A stretch of DNA of 63,841 nt, filler included, from Olpidium bornovanus S191 (lineage: Eukaryota > Fungi > Olpidiomycota): assembly GCA_017911155.1 (NCBI GenBank). It is 28 parts of 28 records of this genome, joined end to end, with 100 filler letters (N's around TTAATTAATTAA, not from the genome) between each part and the next. Parts side by side here need not be neighbours in the genome. Positions count along the whole stretch, not along the records: positions 42,266 to 45,060 come from JAEFCI010010580.1; positions 45,161 to 47,037 come from JAEFCI010003779.1; positions 47,138 to 48,239 come from JAEFCI010012276.1; positions 48,340 to 49,848 come from JAEFCI010002359.1; positions 49,949 to 52,740 come from JAEFCI010010987.1; positions 52,841 to 54,606 come from JAEFCI010012216.1; positions 54,707 to 56,504 come from JAEFCI010000548.1; 21 more parts are not named here. One strand, 5' to 3'. Made by a program: the position numbers and the translations under genes. The notes under the pieces are model-generated. The model had not been told where the DNA came from, did not search any database, and saw only the letters and a list, made by a program, of their open reading frames with translations. Below, piece after piece: positions 43,306 to 56,021 of the stretch (positions within the stretch are counted from its first letter, which is position 1; each line of letters starts with the position of its first letter).

Positions 43306-44944
43306 ATGCAGCGCCCGTGGGACTCGCTGGCGAGCCTGCTCCCCGGCCGCGCCGCCGCCGCCGCCGCCTCCCCCGCGCCCTCGCCGCCCGCGGTGCCGGG
43401 AGGTGACCCAGCAGCCGCCGGCGCGGCGCAGGCCCGCGCTCTGCCGCCGGAAGGAACCGGAAAAGCTTCGAGGCCGCTCTTCGGCGTGCCGTCGTCGGCA
43501 GCCGTTCCCGTGGGAGCAGGATGGCGGAGCGGCGCCGGCGGGAGAGGAGAGGGCGAGGGAACGGCGGGCGGCGTCGGGCCGTCGACGCCGTACTCGACGT
43601 CCTCCGGCTCGTCGTCCGCGGCCACCACGCCGTCGACGTCTCCCACCGCGTCCGCTTTCGGCGCCTCGTCGCCTTCGCCGGCGAAGTGGTCCCGCCGCGG
43701 GTTTATCCGCGAAACCACGTCGAGCGTGTCCGCCGCCGCGATGGCCGCCGTCTTCGGGAGCGCCCACGTCGGCGCCCTCTCCGCGCCGGCGCCGCTGGAA
43801 GAGGCGCCCCTCCCGCGGCAGCCGCCGCAGATCCGGCCTCGGCGGCGGCCGCGGATGGCGTACCTGAAGAGGTTCAGGAGCCCGCCGCAGTACCGCGACC
43901 GCCTGAACGGCAGCAAGGCGTGGAGCGACCCCGAGGGCTCGTACCGCGATTTCATCGTCCCGGTAAATAATCTCATGGACGCGCCGGCGGGCGAAACCGC
44001 CGCCGCGCTGGCGATGGCGTCCGCTTCCTTGGAGCGAAAAGGGCGGAGAGCGGAGGCCACCGAAGCGTACCTGCAGGCCGTCGAACAACTGCTGCGCGCC
44101 TTTCCGGGTACGTTCGTTCCCTCCGCCGGCGGAGTCGTTAGGAAAACCCGCGAGTCCCACGGCTGACCGCCGTCTCGAACCACTAGTCTCGGCCGACGTA
44201 GATCGAAAAGAGGCGCTGGAAGAGAAGCTGCACGAGTACATGCGCGCGGCAAAGATGAGTTTGCCTGTGGAGCGCCGCGGACACCGCGGGGAACGACGTG
44301 AGCAAAAATACGGGGTCCGCGGGTAGAAGCGCCCGATATGCTTTTTGGGCGGGCGCTTCGTCGGAAAGGGTGAATCAGGGAGGTTCTGAGGCGCTTGGCC
44401 GACCGCCCGCCTTTTTCTTTTTCCTTTTTTTTCCGGTTTGTTTTCCCCCGCCCGTTTCGCAGGCGACGACGCCGACGACGCGGACGTGCGCCAAGCCGGC
44501 GTCGTGGCCGATACGGTGATCAACCTCGCGGTGAAGGCGGCGATCTGCGTCAAGCAGTCCCCGATCCCGGATCTGGTCGGGTCCGCCGCCCGGTACGCCG
44601 TGCAGAAGGCGCGGCAGGCGGACGAGCTTTTCGGCGTCCAGGAGAAGGCGTGGCGGGTGGGCCGGATGGCGGTCAACAAGGGCATCGAGCTGGACCGCGA
44701 GTACGACGTGCACCAGAAGCTCGCCGACGTCGCGTTCGTCGCCGCCGCCGCCATCCTGAAAGCCGGTTTCGCGTACAGCGAGGCCAAGCCGTACCGCGAC
44801 CTCAAGGCCACGACTACCACCGCCGCCGCCGCCGCCGCCGCGTACGACGGTTACATGCCTCCTGGCGTCGCCTTTGACGCGCCCCCCTCCGGCGGCCCCG
44901 GCGCCGGCATCGCCCGCGCTCAGCCGCGGGAGGGCCGCTCATGA
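43306..44944 (+). CDS. Uncharacterised protein with an MIT-like three-helix segment and an amphipathic C-terminal domain
   Basis: AAALAMASASLERKGRRAEATEAYLQAVEQLL...EEKLHEYMRAA resembles an MIT domain; the last exon has AAICVKQSPIPD...GVQEKAW...IELDREYDVHQK...ILKAGFAY. Confidence 0.55.
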
Positions 44945-45341
44945 CACAAAAAAATAGTTCTTTTTTTTTCCAGCCGATCAAAAACGCTCGAAATCTCGCC
45001 GAATTTTGCATTTTTTCCCCTTCTCATTACAATAATCCTCTCCTCCAAGTCGTATCATACNNNNNNNNNNNNNNNNNNNNNNNNNNNNNNNNNNNNNNNN
45101 NNNNTTAATTAATTAANNNNNNNNNNNNNNNNNNNNNNNNNNNNNNNNNNNNNNNNNNNNATACACAACGCCTGTAAGGGCGGACGGCGAGAACAATTGG
45201 CGAACTTCTCGGGGGTAATTTTTTTCCATCCAGAAACCAAATCCCCTCTACACCACCACCACCACCGCCACCACCAACATGCCTCTCCATGAACTCCGAG
45301 ATGCTGTCATCCGGGAGAACTTCTTCCACTGTCATGACAGA

Positions 45342-45412
45342 GATGGATGGAGAGGATGGATGGATGGATGGATGGATGGGATGGATGGACGGGATGGATG
45401 GATGGGATGGAT
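45342..45412. repeat. (GATG)n / (GATGG)n microsatellite
   Basis: Seen directly. Confidence 0.9.
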
Positions 45413-47137
45413 GGGTGACAGGTTGGATTTGTTGAGGTTGGTGTGTTGTGTGTTGGGTGAAAGGAATGTTGCGTGTTGGGTGAAACTGAAATTATTTTTT
45501 TTTCCGCCGCGCAGCGGATACCCGCTGGTAGACGGGTACCCGTTGGCCGAAACCCATACCCATACCCGACCCTCAATCCTCAAACCCGTACCCGAACCCG
45601 CGGGTTTGGCTACAGGTAGGAACCTTACCGGCGACGACGACGGCGAGGGCACAACAGAGGGCGACAAAAGCGGGGGCGAGGAGCGCCATAATTTGGAGCC
45701 GGGAGTGGGCCGGGAAGGGAAGGAGTCTGTTCGAGCGGTAAGACGGCAGGCCGGCGAGGGGAGGGCGTTTGTATACAGCGGCAGCCCGATGCCTCTCTGT
45801 CCTCGGCCCCTTTTATTTTCTTTCCCTTTCTGGCGTTACCGGTTTTTTTTTTTTTTTTTTTTTTCCCGAGTTCCCCTGCCCCTGGCCCACCATCTGGGCC
45901 CCCGTTGTCTTGACTTCTGGGGACACATTTTTTTTTCCCCTTATGATTTTTTCCCCCCTTGAACTTTTCCCCTTTATTTTTCCCGGCATATGCTCCGCCG
46001 TCCAGGGGGGCGGGGGAGGGGGAAAGGGGGCGCCCCCGGGCGCGCCTGGGAGGCCCTTGGGAGGGGGCTGGTGAAAGGGGGAAACCTCGCGCTCTCCTTC
46101 TCACTCTCTCCCTGCCCTCCCGCTGATGAGGGTGGACAGGAGGAGCCCGGCGGGGCCCGTTGCCGCCCGGTGTAGGAGAGAATATGAAGGGGGAAAGCGG
46201 GGGGGAGAAAGGGGGAGGCGTCTTGGCCTTGTGCTTTTTCTTGACGTCTGCCGGCAGATTCAGTAGCAGATTCAGGCGCAGATTATAAGACGCAGATTCA
46301 GCGGCTGCACCGGGTTCACCGCTGCGCGAGTCATGTGACATCATCGGGGGACATACACATTGCCGAAGTGCCTGGTGCGTTGGGGCGTGTTTAGTCGCCC
46401 GATCTCGTGACTGATCCAGACCGAAATCAAGAACCGACGTGCGTAGTGGAGCTGCCTGCGTGGTATCTCAAACACCAACGTGGTGGCGCTACCCTCGGGG
46501 AATTTCCACAGCCACAGCCCTTCTGTCTTAATGATAAACATAAACAATTATAAACAATTATAAATTATAGATTAGAGACAAAGGGCAGAAGTTCCGGAGA
46601 GCGGAATTAAAAAAATGCGAATGGCAGCAAAGAAGCTGCCTGGCAATGTTTTTCACACCAGATCGCCGGACCACCAATTGCGACTCCCGATCTTTACCAG
46701 CAGTTGTTGGCAAACGTCTTTTGCAAACCAGGACCGAAGAGCGCGTGGCCGGTGCAGCAAAGAATGAAGAATTTTGGACAAGATGCTCACCTGGCAGCTA
46801 GTGCGCGGCGGATGTTGCAGGCAAATATCGGGCTAAACGGTGGAATATGTCGGCTGAAAGCAAGGAGTAGGAAGACGGAGCGGTCGGATGGGTTGGACTT
46901 TATAGGTGTTTGCCGGGGATCGTGTAAACCAGGCGCGTTCGGCACTAAATAAGGGAGGTTCGCATACTGCTATAAGCAAGGTATTCGGTAGCGTACGAAA
47001 CTAGATTGCCGTAGTACGATGTAGGGAAACAGCATGANNNNNNNNNNNNNNNNNNNNNNNNNNNNNNNNNNNNNNNNNNNNTTAATTAATTAANNNNNNN
47101 NNNNNNNNNNNNNNNNNNNNNNNNNNNNNNNNNNNNN

Positions 47138-47169
<32 letters not shown>

Positions 47170-47360
47170 TCGGGTCGGAAACATGAGGCCTTGCGCAGCC
47201 GGTCCCGGGCAGACCGCGCGTCCTCGCCCGGGCGGCCCCTGGGCAGTCCGGCAAAACGAAAGCGGAAACCGAAGGGGAGGGGACGGGTGGGGGGGAGGCG
47301 GGGAAGTACGCGCGAGCGTCGAGTTTTCCTCCCGGGGGAAGGTGGGGTTGGCGTGCGTAC

Positions 47361-47438
47361 CTTTGGGAAGTCCTTGTGCGCTCTGAACAGCGACCTTATG
47401 CGGGCCACGTCGGCGGGCAGCGGGCCCCCGCTTTCCAT
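47361..47438 (-). CDS. APT1: Adenine phosphoribosyltransferase, first exon, partial
   Basis: MESGGPLPADVARIRSLFRAHKDFPK followed by a GTACGC donor; matches the APRT N-terminus (I...IR..PDFP.PG). Confidence 0.7.
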
Positions 47439-47714
47439 GGCGGGGGCAAGGCGGGAAGTGGATCGTGGCGCGCGACACGTCCGCGCGCGGGAAGGGGGTT
47501 GGGGGCGGCGGCGGTTGTAGGGGCGCGGGTGTGAGCGGGTTGGTGGCGGGCGTCCCGGGAAAAGAGCGGGGCGGGCCGGGGCGGGGGGAAGGGGAGAACG
47601 GCAGGAAGAAAGAAAATCTGGTTTAAAGCGCGGAATTGCAATGGCGCAAATGCCTCCGAAACCCGAGTCTGGAAATTCTGTTGTGGATGTATTATTCATC
47701 GTCCGCAGGAGTTC

Positions 47715-48190
47715 CTCCTAGAGGGACACCGGGAGACGCGTATTGTGGAGGATTGACCTGATTTTGTCACCGATTGTCCCCTTGAGTCCGCTCGGGGATG
47801 GCGTTCTAGTTAGGCGAATCACGGATCGTTCATATTTAACGATGATCCAGTGTCGGCAGATAAGACCGGGAAGTGAACACGCAACCAGGGTCGGAATGGT
47901 GGCGCAGAATTTTTCTGGTTGCATTGACGCTCCATCGTGACCTGGTAGTCGTCTCGTTTGGCTACGAGAGTGTCGTCCTTGCCGCGAAGGAAGTAGGACG
48001 TCGTATGGCGTGACGCCTGGTCCTTGTTTATTGCAGAGAGTGGTTGGGGCTGGAGAGGGATACTACGTTGGGTCCCGAAAGATTGACATTGATGCGTTCA
48101 AGGACCTTATTGGTGTGGTTGGATTAAGGATAAGAGAGTCATTGTGTTTTACCGAGTGCAGGCTGCGCAAAACAGCAGTTCCACCTCCCT
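47715..48190 (-). mobile_element. Degenerate Ty1/Copia pre-integrase/integrase fragment upstream of APT1
   Basis: FCAACT.GK, VLERINVNLSGP (LELIHSDL.GP), SRHTTSYFLRGK, TIGDKIRSILHNTRLPVSL* (W to stop), with frameshifts. Confidence 0.75.
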
Positions 48191-48385
48191 GGGAATATCG
48201 TGTCCCGGAATACGCTTGAGACGTTGAGGCTAGCATGGCNNNNNNNNNNNNNNNNNNNNNNNNNNNNNNNNNNNNNNNNNNNNTTAATTAATTAANNNNN
48301 NNNNNNNNNNNNNNNNNNNNNNNNNNNNNNNNNNNNNNNACATGAAATCGGAGAGCTGCTGCCAAGGTCCGCGGCAGAAACGCAC

Positions 48386-48964
48386 CTTGTCTATCGCTTT
48401 CCCGTATTTTGTCAGCAGGTTGTACACCTCCTTCTGCTCGTCCGATTGTGTCGCGGCAGCACCCATGACGTTTTTGGAGAGCACACCAAGAGCCGCCGCT
48501 GTTGTTGACGGGTCTGGGTGCCGGGAAGTGACGTGAGCTCAGGTCAAAATGTGCACCTCGCGAAGGCCGCATTCTGCCAGTCCCAATACAGCAGGACATG
48601 TCGGCAAAGCTTTGGCGCAAGTCCTTGCTCCCGTAACGTAACCAGGGCCTCGGAGATCTCCTACGGCGTGCGCTTCGCCGGCCCAATTAACATCGGCCCT
48701 CAACAACGCTGCGCGTGCGTCCAGGAGCCTCTTGACGGTGGCCGTCGGGCGCCGCTCCTCGGCGAAGCTGACCGCGGGGGGTTCGCAACCCCGCGCTTCG
48801 CACTTCTCCCACAGGCGGGCCCCCGCAACGTGCGCACCTGCGGCAATCCGCTCCTTCGCCTCCACGACCTGCTTGATCAGCAGGTCCAGGGTGCGGAGCA
48901 GGCCGCCCTCGGCGGCCGCCTGCTTCTTCGCGAACTTCTCGAAGTCTCTGATCAACGGTTCCAT
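48386..48964 (-). CDS. RMD5: GID/CTLH complex RING subunit Rmd5/RMND5, two 5' exons, partial
   Basis: MEPLIRDFEKFAKKQ...KERIAA|DPSTTAAALGVLSKNV...EQKEVYNLLTKYGKAIDK matches the RMND5 pattern DHKDIHSSVSRVGKAIDK. Confidence 0.75.
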
Positions 48965-49948
48965 GCTGTGGCGTGAAGGGGTCGTCCTGGCTTCAGCCGG
49001 CCCAGTCAGAAGTCCGCCAGTCTGCGAAAAGAAACGGCGCGCGGGGGGGAAAACCGAGAAGCGGCTAAGCGGACGGGGGCGCAACGAAACAACCGGGCCC
49101 GCAGCCGTTGAGGGCAGAACCAGTCAGCTGACACCAAAGCTCAGGCGACGAGCGACGCGGCCGCTGCTTCACGGCGCTTCGGCGCGGGCAGGAAGTTGAG
49201 CCCGCACTGCCACGACTGCCGGCTACGCAGCCTCCGAAGCTTTGCCATGATGTAGTCCGGTTTGTTTTGCGGTGGCACGTGCCAACGTTTCCGCATCCGG
49301 CTCACACACCCCTGCTCGCTCCTTGCCGTTGCTGTCGAAGATAACACCGATGACACCTGCGTCCAGGCTGACCAGCTGATCTCAAACCCACAGTCAAAGC
49401 TCGCTGCGGAGACCGCTGCAAACACGGCCACTGCGTGATGTCAGCGCAGATGCAGTTCTTGTCGTTTTTGACTTCGCTGCGAGATGCCCGTGCCGCCACC
49501 GCGGCCGCTGCCCTCGAACGATCCAATCGCAAACAGTGCAGGGGCCGATGCCGTCTTTCACCGTCTGCTGACACCCACCCAACCCTCCCGCCCGTCAATT
49601 GAGATCAAAGCTCCCAGGTGAGGAACACCGAGGAAATATCATCTGCTTACTTCCCTGCGGCAGCCAAGGACTGCGCCGGACCAAGAGGAGCAAAAGAACT
49701 GTTTAGTTCCGGGCAATCGTCCGTGCCGCCAGGGCGAGTCCGCCCGCAAGGGCGCTGCCCTTTATTCCCAACAAAGAGCTCTAGGAAGGGCGCCACTCTG
49801 CTCGCAGCTGCCGGCAGCACTCACACCGACATTTCTTTGTTTCATGGCNNNNNNNNNNNNNNNNNNNNNNNNNNNNNNNNNNNNNNNNNNNNTTAATTAA
49901 TTAANNNNNNNNNNNNNNNNNNNNNNNNNNNNNNNNNNNNNNNNNNNN

Positions 49949-50069
49949 AGTCAAGGCGCAAGATTTACGATTGTGGCACCGCCGCCTTGCGCACCTTGGA
50001 TGGCAAAGCGTCAAGCGCTTACTGAAGGACGTGCTCCACCAGGACGTTCCAAGAATGCCAACTGCCATG
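49949..50069 (+). mobile_element. Ty1/Copia GAG-pre-integrase fragment joined to a TFB2 intron at CATG
   Basis: DLRLWHRRLAHLGWQSVKRL (LWH.RLGH motif); ends at CATG 50066-50069. Confidence 0.8.
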
Positions 50070-50175
50070 TTAAAAAACTTCAGCCGCGCAAACAAAACAT
50101 AAGAATGGGGTGTGGGGTGGGAAGGGGAGGGGGGGAAACAATTTTGTTTGAGGGAGGAACCTCGGCTGGGCATAC

Positions 50176-52420
50176 CTGGCTGGCATTGCAATCTGTTTCT
50201 TTCCATTTCCCACAGCCGGATCTGGTCGACAACCGTCAACGGCAGGAGCGGGTCCTGCGTGCGAGCCGAAGAACCGACTTTTCAACGGTTGCCACGAAAA
50301 AGAGCCGCAAAAAAAGGTGCATCGCCAGTCAGAGAAGCGTTTCGGAAACGGGCAAACCTTTTTCCGCATCTGCGGGTGTGCGTGCGCTGTGAGGAAGGCG
50401 ATTATCTGCTCGGCGGTGATTCCCCTGACTAAAGCGCTCCGCACGCTCTCGCGGGTGATGGTGCCGGCAACCATGTTCCCGAACCGCGCGCACAGCGACA
50501 CGAAAAGGTTCAGGACCGCTATCTGCAGCGGCGAGTCCGTGTAAGCGTACACCCGGTAGTTCGTCTCCACAATGATGTACCCGCTCTCGTTCTGCGCCGC
50601 ATCCGGTCCCGCGGTTCCGTCGGCGAGGAGCGGCGCCCCCGCCGCGTTCGAGGGAGAACACCCGGCAGCGCTGGGCACGGCGGAACTGCCCGAGGTCAAC
50701 GTGGTCGCTAATCTTGTTGGGTAGAATCGCCGGGAGTTTGGCTAAAAAATAAAAAACGAAGAATTTCGCACGTGAACTCGTCAGGACTCGCTTACTCGCT
50801 CTCCGTCAGGGCGGGGACTTTAACCACACCGTCCGCTGGTAAACAATGCCGTAATCCCGGAGGTCATCCAACATTTGCAGCTGAGTCGGCGTTAACGTTT
50901 CTACGGAGTAGTCCTACTTGCGGAGTCAGAGGCCAGATTTTCAAGCATCAGCATCGGACACCTTTCAAGAAAAGCCCGCCAAAGCGTCTCCGCACGTGCC
51001 GGCACCGCCTACTTACGACGCCCAGCTCCATGCTCCCGAGCTGAAAAAGAAAATGCAAGACTTCCACGACGTCCATTTGTAGTTCCTTCAGAAAGGGAAG
51101 GCCAGTTTCGCCATGTCATTTAGGGGGAAGCGGGGGACGGGGAAGGCTCTTCTCCGAATTTCGCCGAACGTCCAAAAACTAGAAACTGACGATTGTTGTA
51201 CCTCCGCCGTATCGAGGTACTGCAACAGGAACGCCCAGACTTGGGTATTAGCGTCTTGCAGCAGGAACTGAAACCCTTTGTTGGTGATCGACAGCTCTCC
51301 TTCCCCGGTTCTGAATTCAGTCCTTTCGCGTGAGCCGCTCGCGCTCGTAAAGCATGGACGGATCAGCAAGGCGAGGGGGGGGGGGGGGGGGGGGAGGGGA
51401 CGGCCCCAGCCTACTCACTGTGCCATCAGGCGTGATCTCTTCATGAGGTTGATGACTCCAGCACTAGGCCGCCGCGAGCTGGACGAGCCGACCATGAAGT
51501 GCAATATTGCCTGTAGCGCGCAGAAGGACGGCGGCATAATCCGTTTTCACCCGTTCAAACATTTGATTGCGTCACGGGCTTAACCTCCCAATTCGACCTG
51601 CGGCACACAACCGGTCCTAACGTGTAGCAGGGGATTTCCTTTTTTTTACGGCAAGGCGTCGTCGAAAACAACAACAACAACAACATAAAAAAATTTACTT
51701 CCGACTGGGCCACGGCGTACGCGTCCAGGAACGCGATGTCGACCGGGTTCGGTTCCGGCGTAGAACAGCGCATGCCGAACGAGCTGAGCTTGCCCCCGCC
51801 GGTCAACGCGTTCCGGAGCTCGGTCCGGAACGTGGGGTTGAGGAGTAGCCGCGAGTCCTGCTCCGTTACGATGTGGACGTGCTCGAGCCTTGCCAGTTCT
51901 TCCGCCCGTTTTCTGCGACGTTTTTTCGCGTTACCGCGCGGCCCCCGCGTATCGGATATTTTTTTTTTAAAAAAAAAAACACGAACCTCTGCGCCGCGGG
52001 CAAGCACCACTGTTTGACGTCTTCTGCGCTCGGGGCGTTGTCAACGTAAAGCATCGACATGACCAGTTGCTTGGCCAGCGACGGCAGCAGCCTGTAACGA
52101 CGCCGCCAGAAGACACGGGGGAACGAGATTTTCGTTGTTTAAATCGCAAAACAGGCACGGCGGGAGTGTCTTTTTTTTCCGCATCGGCCAAGAAAAAAAA
52201 AAAAAAAAGAAAAAAAAAAAACTTTTTTCGGACCCCACGCCACGAAACCTCCCTCCCCGCCATTCCCTTACCGAAACATCGCCAGGCACGTCGCCGGAGA
52301 CATGAACAGGCGGGGGAAGGTGTGCATGGAGAGCGACTCCAGGTACGACTGGATGCCGTCGCGGAAATGGTCGACCTGCTGCCGGTGCCCGGCGGCACCG
52401 CCCGAGGGCGCGGCGGCCAT
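50176..52420 (-). CDS. TFB2: TFIIH subunit Tfb2/p52 (GTF2H4), multi-exon, last exon(s) missing
   Basis: PATCLAMFR|[106 protein letters not shown]. Confidence 0.95.
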
Positions 52421-52668
52421 GGTTCGCTCGGCTTGGAGGGGCTTCTTCTCCCGCGCCCGCTCGCGCCCGGGTTCGCGCGAACGGGCGAAAGGTGGCGGGG
52501 GGGGGAAGGGGGCCGGGGAAGGCGGGCCCGGGAAGGCGGGGGGTGGGGAGGGGGAAAATGACACCCCCGCAGTGCGACGGATAATTCCGCCGGCGCCTGC
52601 CTGTCCCTCTCTCTCTCTGCTTTGGTTCTTTTTTCCGTCCCAAGAAATACATTACACTGAACGAGCCG

Positions 52669-52729
<61 letters not shown>

Positions 52730-53671
52730 TTTTTCCCCCCNNNNNNNNNNNNNNNNNNNNNNNNNNNNNNNNNNNNNNNNNNNNTTAATTAATTAANNNN
52801 NNNNNNNNNNNNNNNNNNNNNNNNNNNNNNNNNNNNNNNNCATGTATAACGAGGGCCGGATCCTTGGCGGATCTCGCTGTCAAAATCCTACAGTACCTTC
52901 CGGAGAAAATACAGCTTTCTCATCTCGCCACGTCCTACGTTTCCGGCTCAAATCTTCCACGTTCAAGGTCCAAAAATGCCGAGTCAGTCGAGTCGGACTT
53001 TGCACAGGACGATCCTGAAGGAACGGCACTGAGAACCCGATCAACAGTCAGCAAGCGCCCAAGCACAAAACAAGCAAGTTCGTTTGAATGGCAGGAGAAC
53101 AACGACCTTCTGATCAAAGAGTGACACAGGCAGGCGGGCGGTCGAGTCAGTGGACCGGACGCCGCCACGGCGCACGGGGGTGGGGAGAAGGGTTTTTGGG
53201 AATTTGAACAGGGGTCATGCCGGCGTGACGTGCTCAGCTAGCAGGAAAAGAAGAAAGTTCTTCCCAAAGCTCTGCAGGGTTGGAGGGTCGGGTCGGAGGA
53301 ATTTCCCTGCCACGGCCAGCGAACGTAGTTATTTTGTGCGCGTGGCGACGGCCTGCTTGCGAGGCGCCGACAGTCCTGTGATTCTCGGCTGCTGGTTGTT
53401 TTCCGGCTGGGAATTACGGCGCGCAGAGGAGGGCTGGTCGCGCACGGAGGCCGCGGTGCTGGTGCCGCTGGCGTCTTTCGGCGCGGTGGCGGCGCGGTGA
53501 CGCGAGCAGAAAGGAGAGGAGTTCTTGTGCTGATACTTTCCGTTTGTTGTCTCCGGCGGTGCACGCTATCGAACACAACACAACCCAGACCACACAGCGA
53601 GCAACCCTGCTGTCGTTCGATCCGGACCACGCGCGTTTCCCGCTTCGTGGTTGACGGTGGTCCGGTCTGTC

Positions 53672-54563
53672 ATGGCGGGCCGGCTGTCGGAAATCTGGTG
53701 CACAGACAAGTCCAGCTGGGTTAGTGCCGTCGCAACACGCTGGTTGCGAACTGCATGTGACACGGCGGCGGAGCGGCGACGTGCCTCTCAGGTATCGCCT
53801 TGCCGAAGGGCTTTCTCTCAAGCTGAGCTGATTTTCGGTCCATAACCCGGCAGGGACCCTGGCGAAGTGCAGACGAGTTCACGGAATGTTTCGCGGATAC
53901 CGTTTTCGGGGCAGGTTTACCGTTGTTGTACATCGGGCTGTCCTTGGCTGCCTTCGGCATCAAGCTGCGGTGTCGGAGAGACGGCTATCAGTATCTTGTC
54001 GACAGCACAGTGCCCGAGTTGACCTCATCCACACACGCCGGAGAGGAAGATTCTTCTGTTGAGCCTACCACACCGCGCACTTCGTCAGATCTCTTGGTCC
54101 CCCTCATCACCGTCGTCAACCTGGCCGCTTTCTTCTTCTTGGGTTGGACAGCCATTTCCGTGTCCGTGAGGGAAGGCCATGGTTTCAACCACAAAATCGC
54201 TTACCCCGTCGTCGGTTTTATTTCCTGGGTGAGTAGTAATTCGGTGCCTTCAGCTTCGCTCCATTCATGCTTACGTGCCATAACACGCAACGCTAGGTCT
54301 ACTCGGCCCTCCTTGTCCTCATTCTCAGGACTGGTTCCAGGGACAGGAGCAACACCATTCATCTCCACCTCACTTGGCTGCACGTCGTCATTTGCGTCCT
54401 GACGCTTATACGCCTTCAAAGCAAAATCCTTGATCGAATTCGCCGCGGAGGGCACAAAGTAGATGATATTGCCGTGCTTGCGACCCTCCCAGTACTTTCC
54501 GCGATAGTCGCTGGAATTTTCTTGACGAATAAAAGAGGGTGCGGCATTTTGAAGGCTTCTAAC
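53672..54563 (+). CDS. ABCC/MRP transporter N-terminal TMD0 region (Ycf1/Ybt1-like), first three exons, partial
   Basis: MAGRLSEIWCTDKSSW|GPWRSADEFTECFADTVFGAGLPLLYIGL matches the TMD0 signature C...W....DFT.CF.DTV; the following exons encode several TM helices. Confidence 0.7.
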
Positions 54564-54888
54564 GTACGTCAAATGTATTATTCGGTGCTACGTTTGTGTC
54601 ATGAACNNNNNNNNNNNNNNNNNNNNNNNNNNNNNNNNNNNNNNNNNNNNTTAATTAATTAANNNNNNNNNNNNNNNNNNNNNNNNNNNNNNNNNNNNNN
54701 NNNNNNCATGCTGTCGTTTTCACGACCAGACGGCGTGAGCCCCATTCTGAGGGAAGCGCGCTGTTGAGATGCTGTATTTGAAGCGATACCTGCACGGCCC
54801 ATTGACGCGCGCTTGGGCCACGATTCTCAGATGGAGCGCCACCAACCGGCGTAGCATATTCAATACCGCGTTACCCCTTTGAACTCAC

Positions 54889-55837
54889 GGACGGTGGTCT
54901 CGACTCTTGATCAACCTCAGTCACCACTGGAGCAGTGACCGGCGTCCCGCTGCCGTTGCCCTCCCTGTCCAGCCCAGCGCCGGATCTGTTGCGCGCGCTT
55001 CTTCGTATCTCGCGACCGACGGAAGCGGAGGCGGAGGCGGCGCGGCCGCTCCCTCTACGCCGTCTGCCCCGGCGAGGGATCGCCGGGCTCGGTTGGTGCG
55101 CTGGGCCATCAGCAACGTTTGATCCCTGAGCAGGTTTCTGCGGAGCCGGAAAAAGCTGAGAAAGGTTCGCCAAGGGTTCTGCCTTCCATTCGCCTCCGCC
55201 CGGCGCGCAGCGCGGGATCGCTTGCGACAACGCTGCGGGACGAGGGGGACTACGTGAGGGTCACGTCGCCATAACGCAACTCGCCCTCCACGTGCCCTCA
55301 ACGTTTTCGGGGTCCGGCGCAATCAAACGAACTCACACTGATCGAACTCCTCCTCGTACGCCTCCTTGAGCTCGCGGAAGGCGTCGGCCGTCTCTCTCAG
55401 AGTGTCATGGGCCGTCAGGGCGCGGCGCGTGACTGGAGTTTTGCAGACGGGACACTTGTCTGCGCTGGACGTCACCTGTAGTGAGCGCGTAATGCAGTCT
55501 TTGCAGAACAGGTGGTTGCAGGGGGTCTGTTCGGGGTTCGTGACCGTGCACAAGCTAATCCGAAACAGCCGGAAAACGAAGGGACAGGACGAGCAAGTTC
55601 GTCGGTTAGTGCTCAGCCCGTCCTATCTACGCGTTTTCCAGACGACGCCGTCCTGGTTTTGCGAACAACCGCGTCGCAGGCGTGCGGCGGCGGGCACGGG
55701 CCGTCTTACCAGACCGAGCAGCGCAGCTCGTCAGACATCCTCTTGACAAGGCTTGGGGCGTCGGCGGGCAGCTCCGCCTCTAGAGGGTGCACGGTCCGCA
55801 GATCGGCCAGCGCAGCGGCAGACGTCGCGGGGTCCAT
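54889..55837 (-). CDS. N-terminal C3HC4 RING protein, BRCA1/BARD1-like (RAD18 not excluded), first three exons, partial
   Basis: VKRMSDELRCSVC|LCTVTNPEQTPCNHLFCKDCITRSL...KCPVCKTPVTRRAL..., then a helix and SLSQ/NLSQ motifs. Confidence 0.65.
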
Positions 55838-55937
55838 TGTCGGGCACGAGCGAACGCGGTGTTCTGACGGCCCCGAGGACAACGAAGAAGTCCGTGTGCG
55901 GAATGTTTGCGCGTGAAGCCTACACAGCCTTCGGAAG

Positions 55938-55973
<36 letters not shown>

Positions 55974-55986
55974 CCCCCCCCCCCGG

Positions 55987-56021
<35 letters not shown>

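Noticed and set aside
46341-46547. ORF ending in TGA followed by an open frame, considered as possible selenocysteine readthrough
   Set aside because: No selenoprotein motif and no SECIS-like element recognisable downstream.
54201-54572. 123-aa minus-strand ORF nested in the ABCC gene
   Set aside because: It is the antisense shadow of ABCC exon 3, which has proper splice sites and TM helices on the plus strand.
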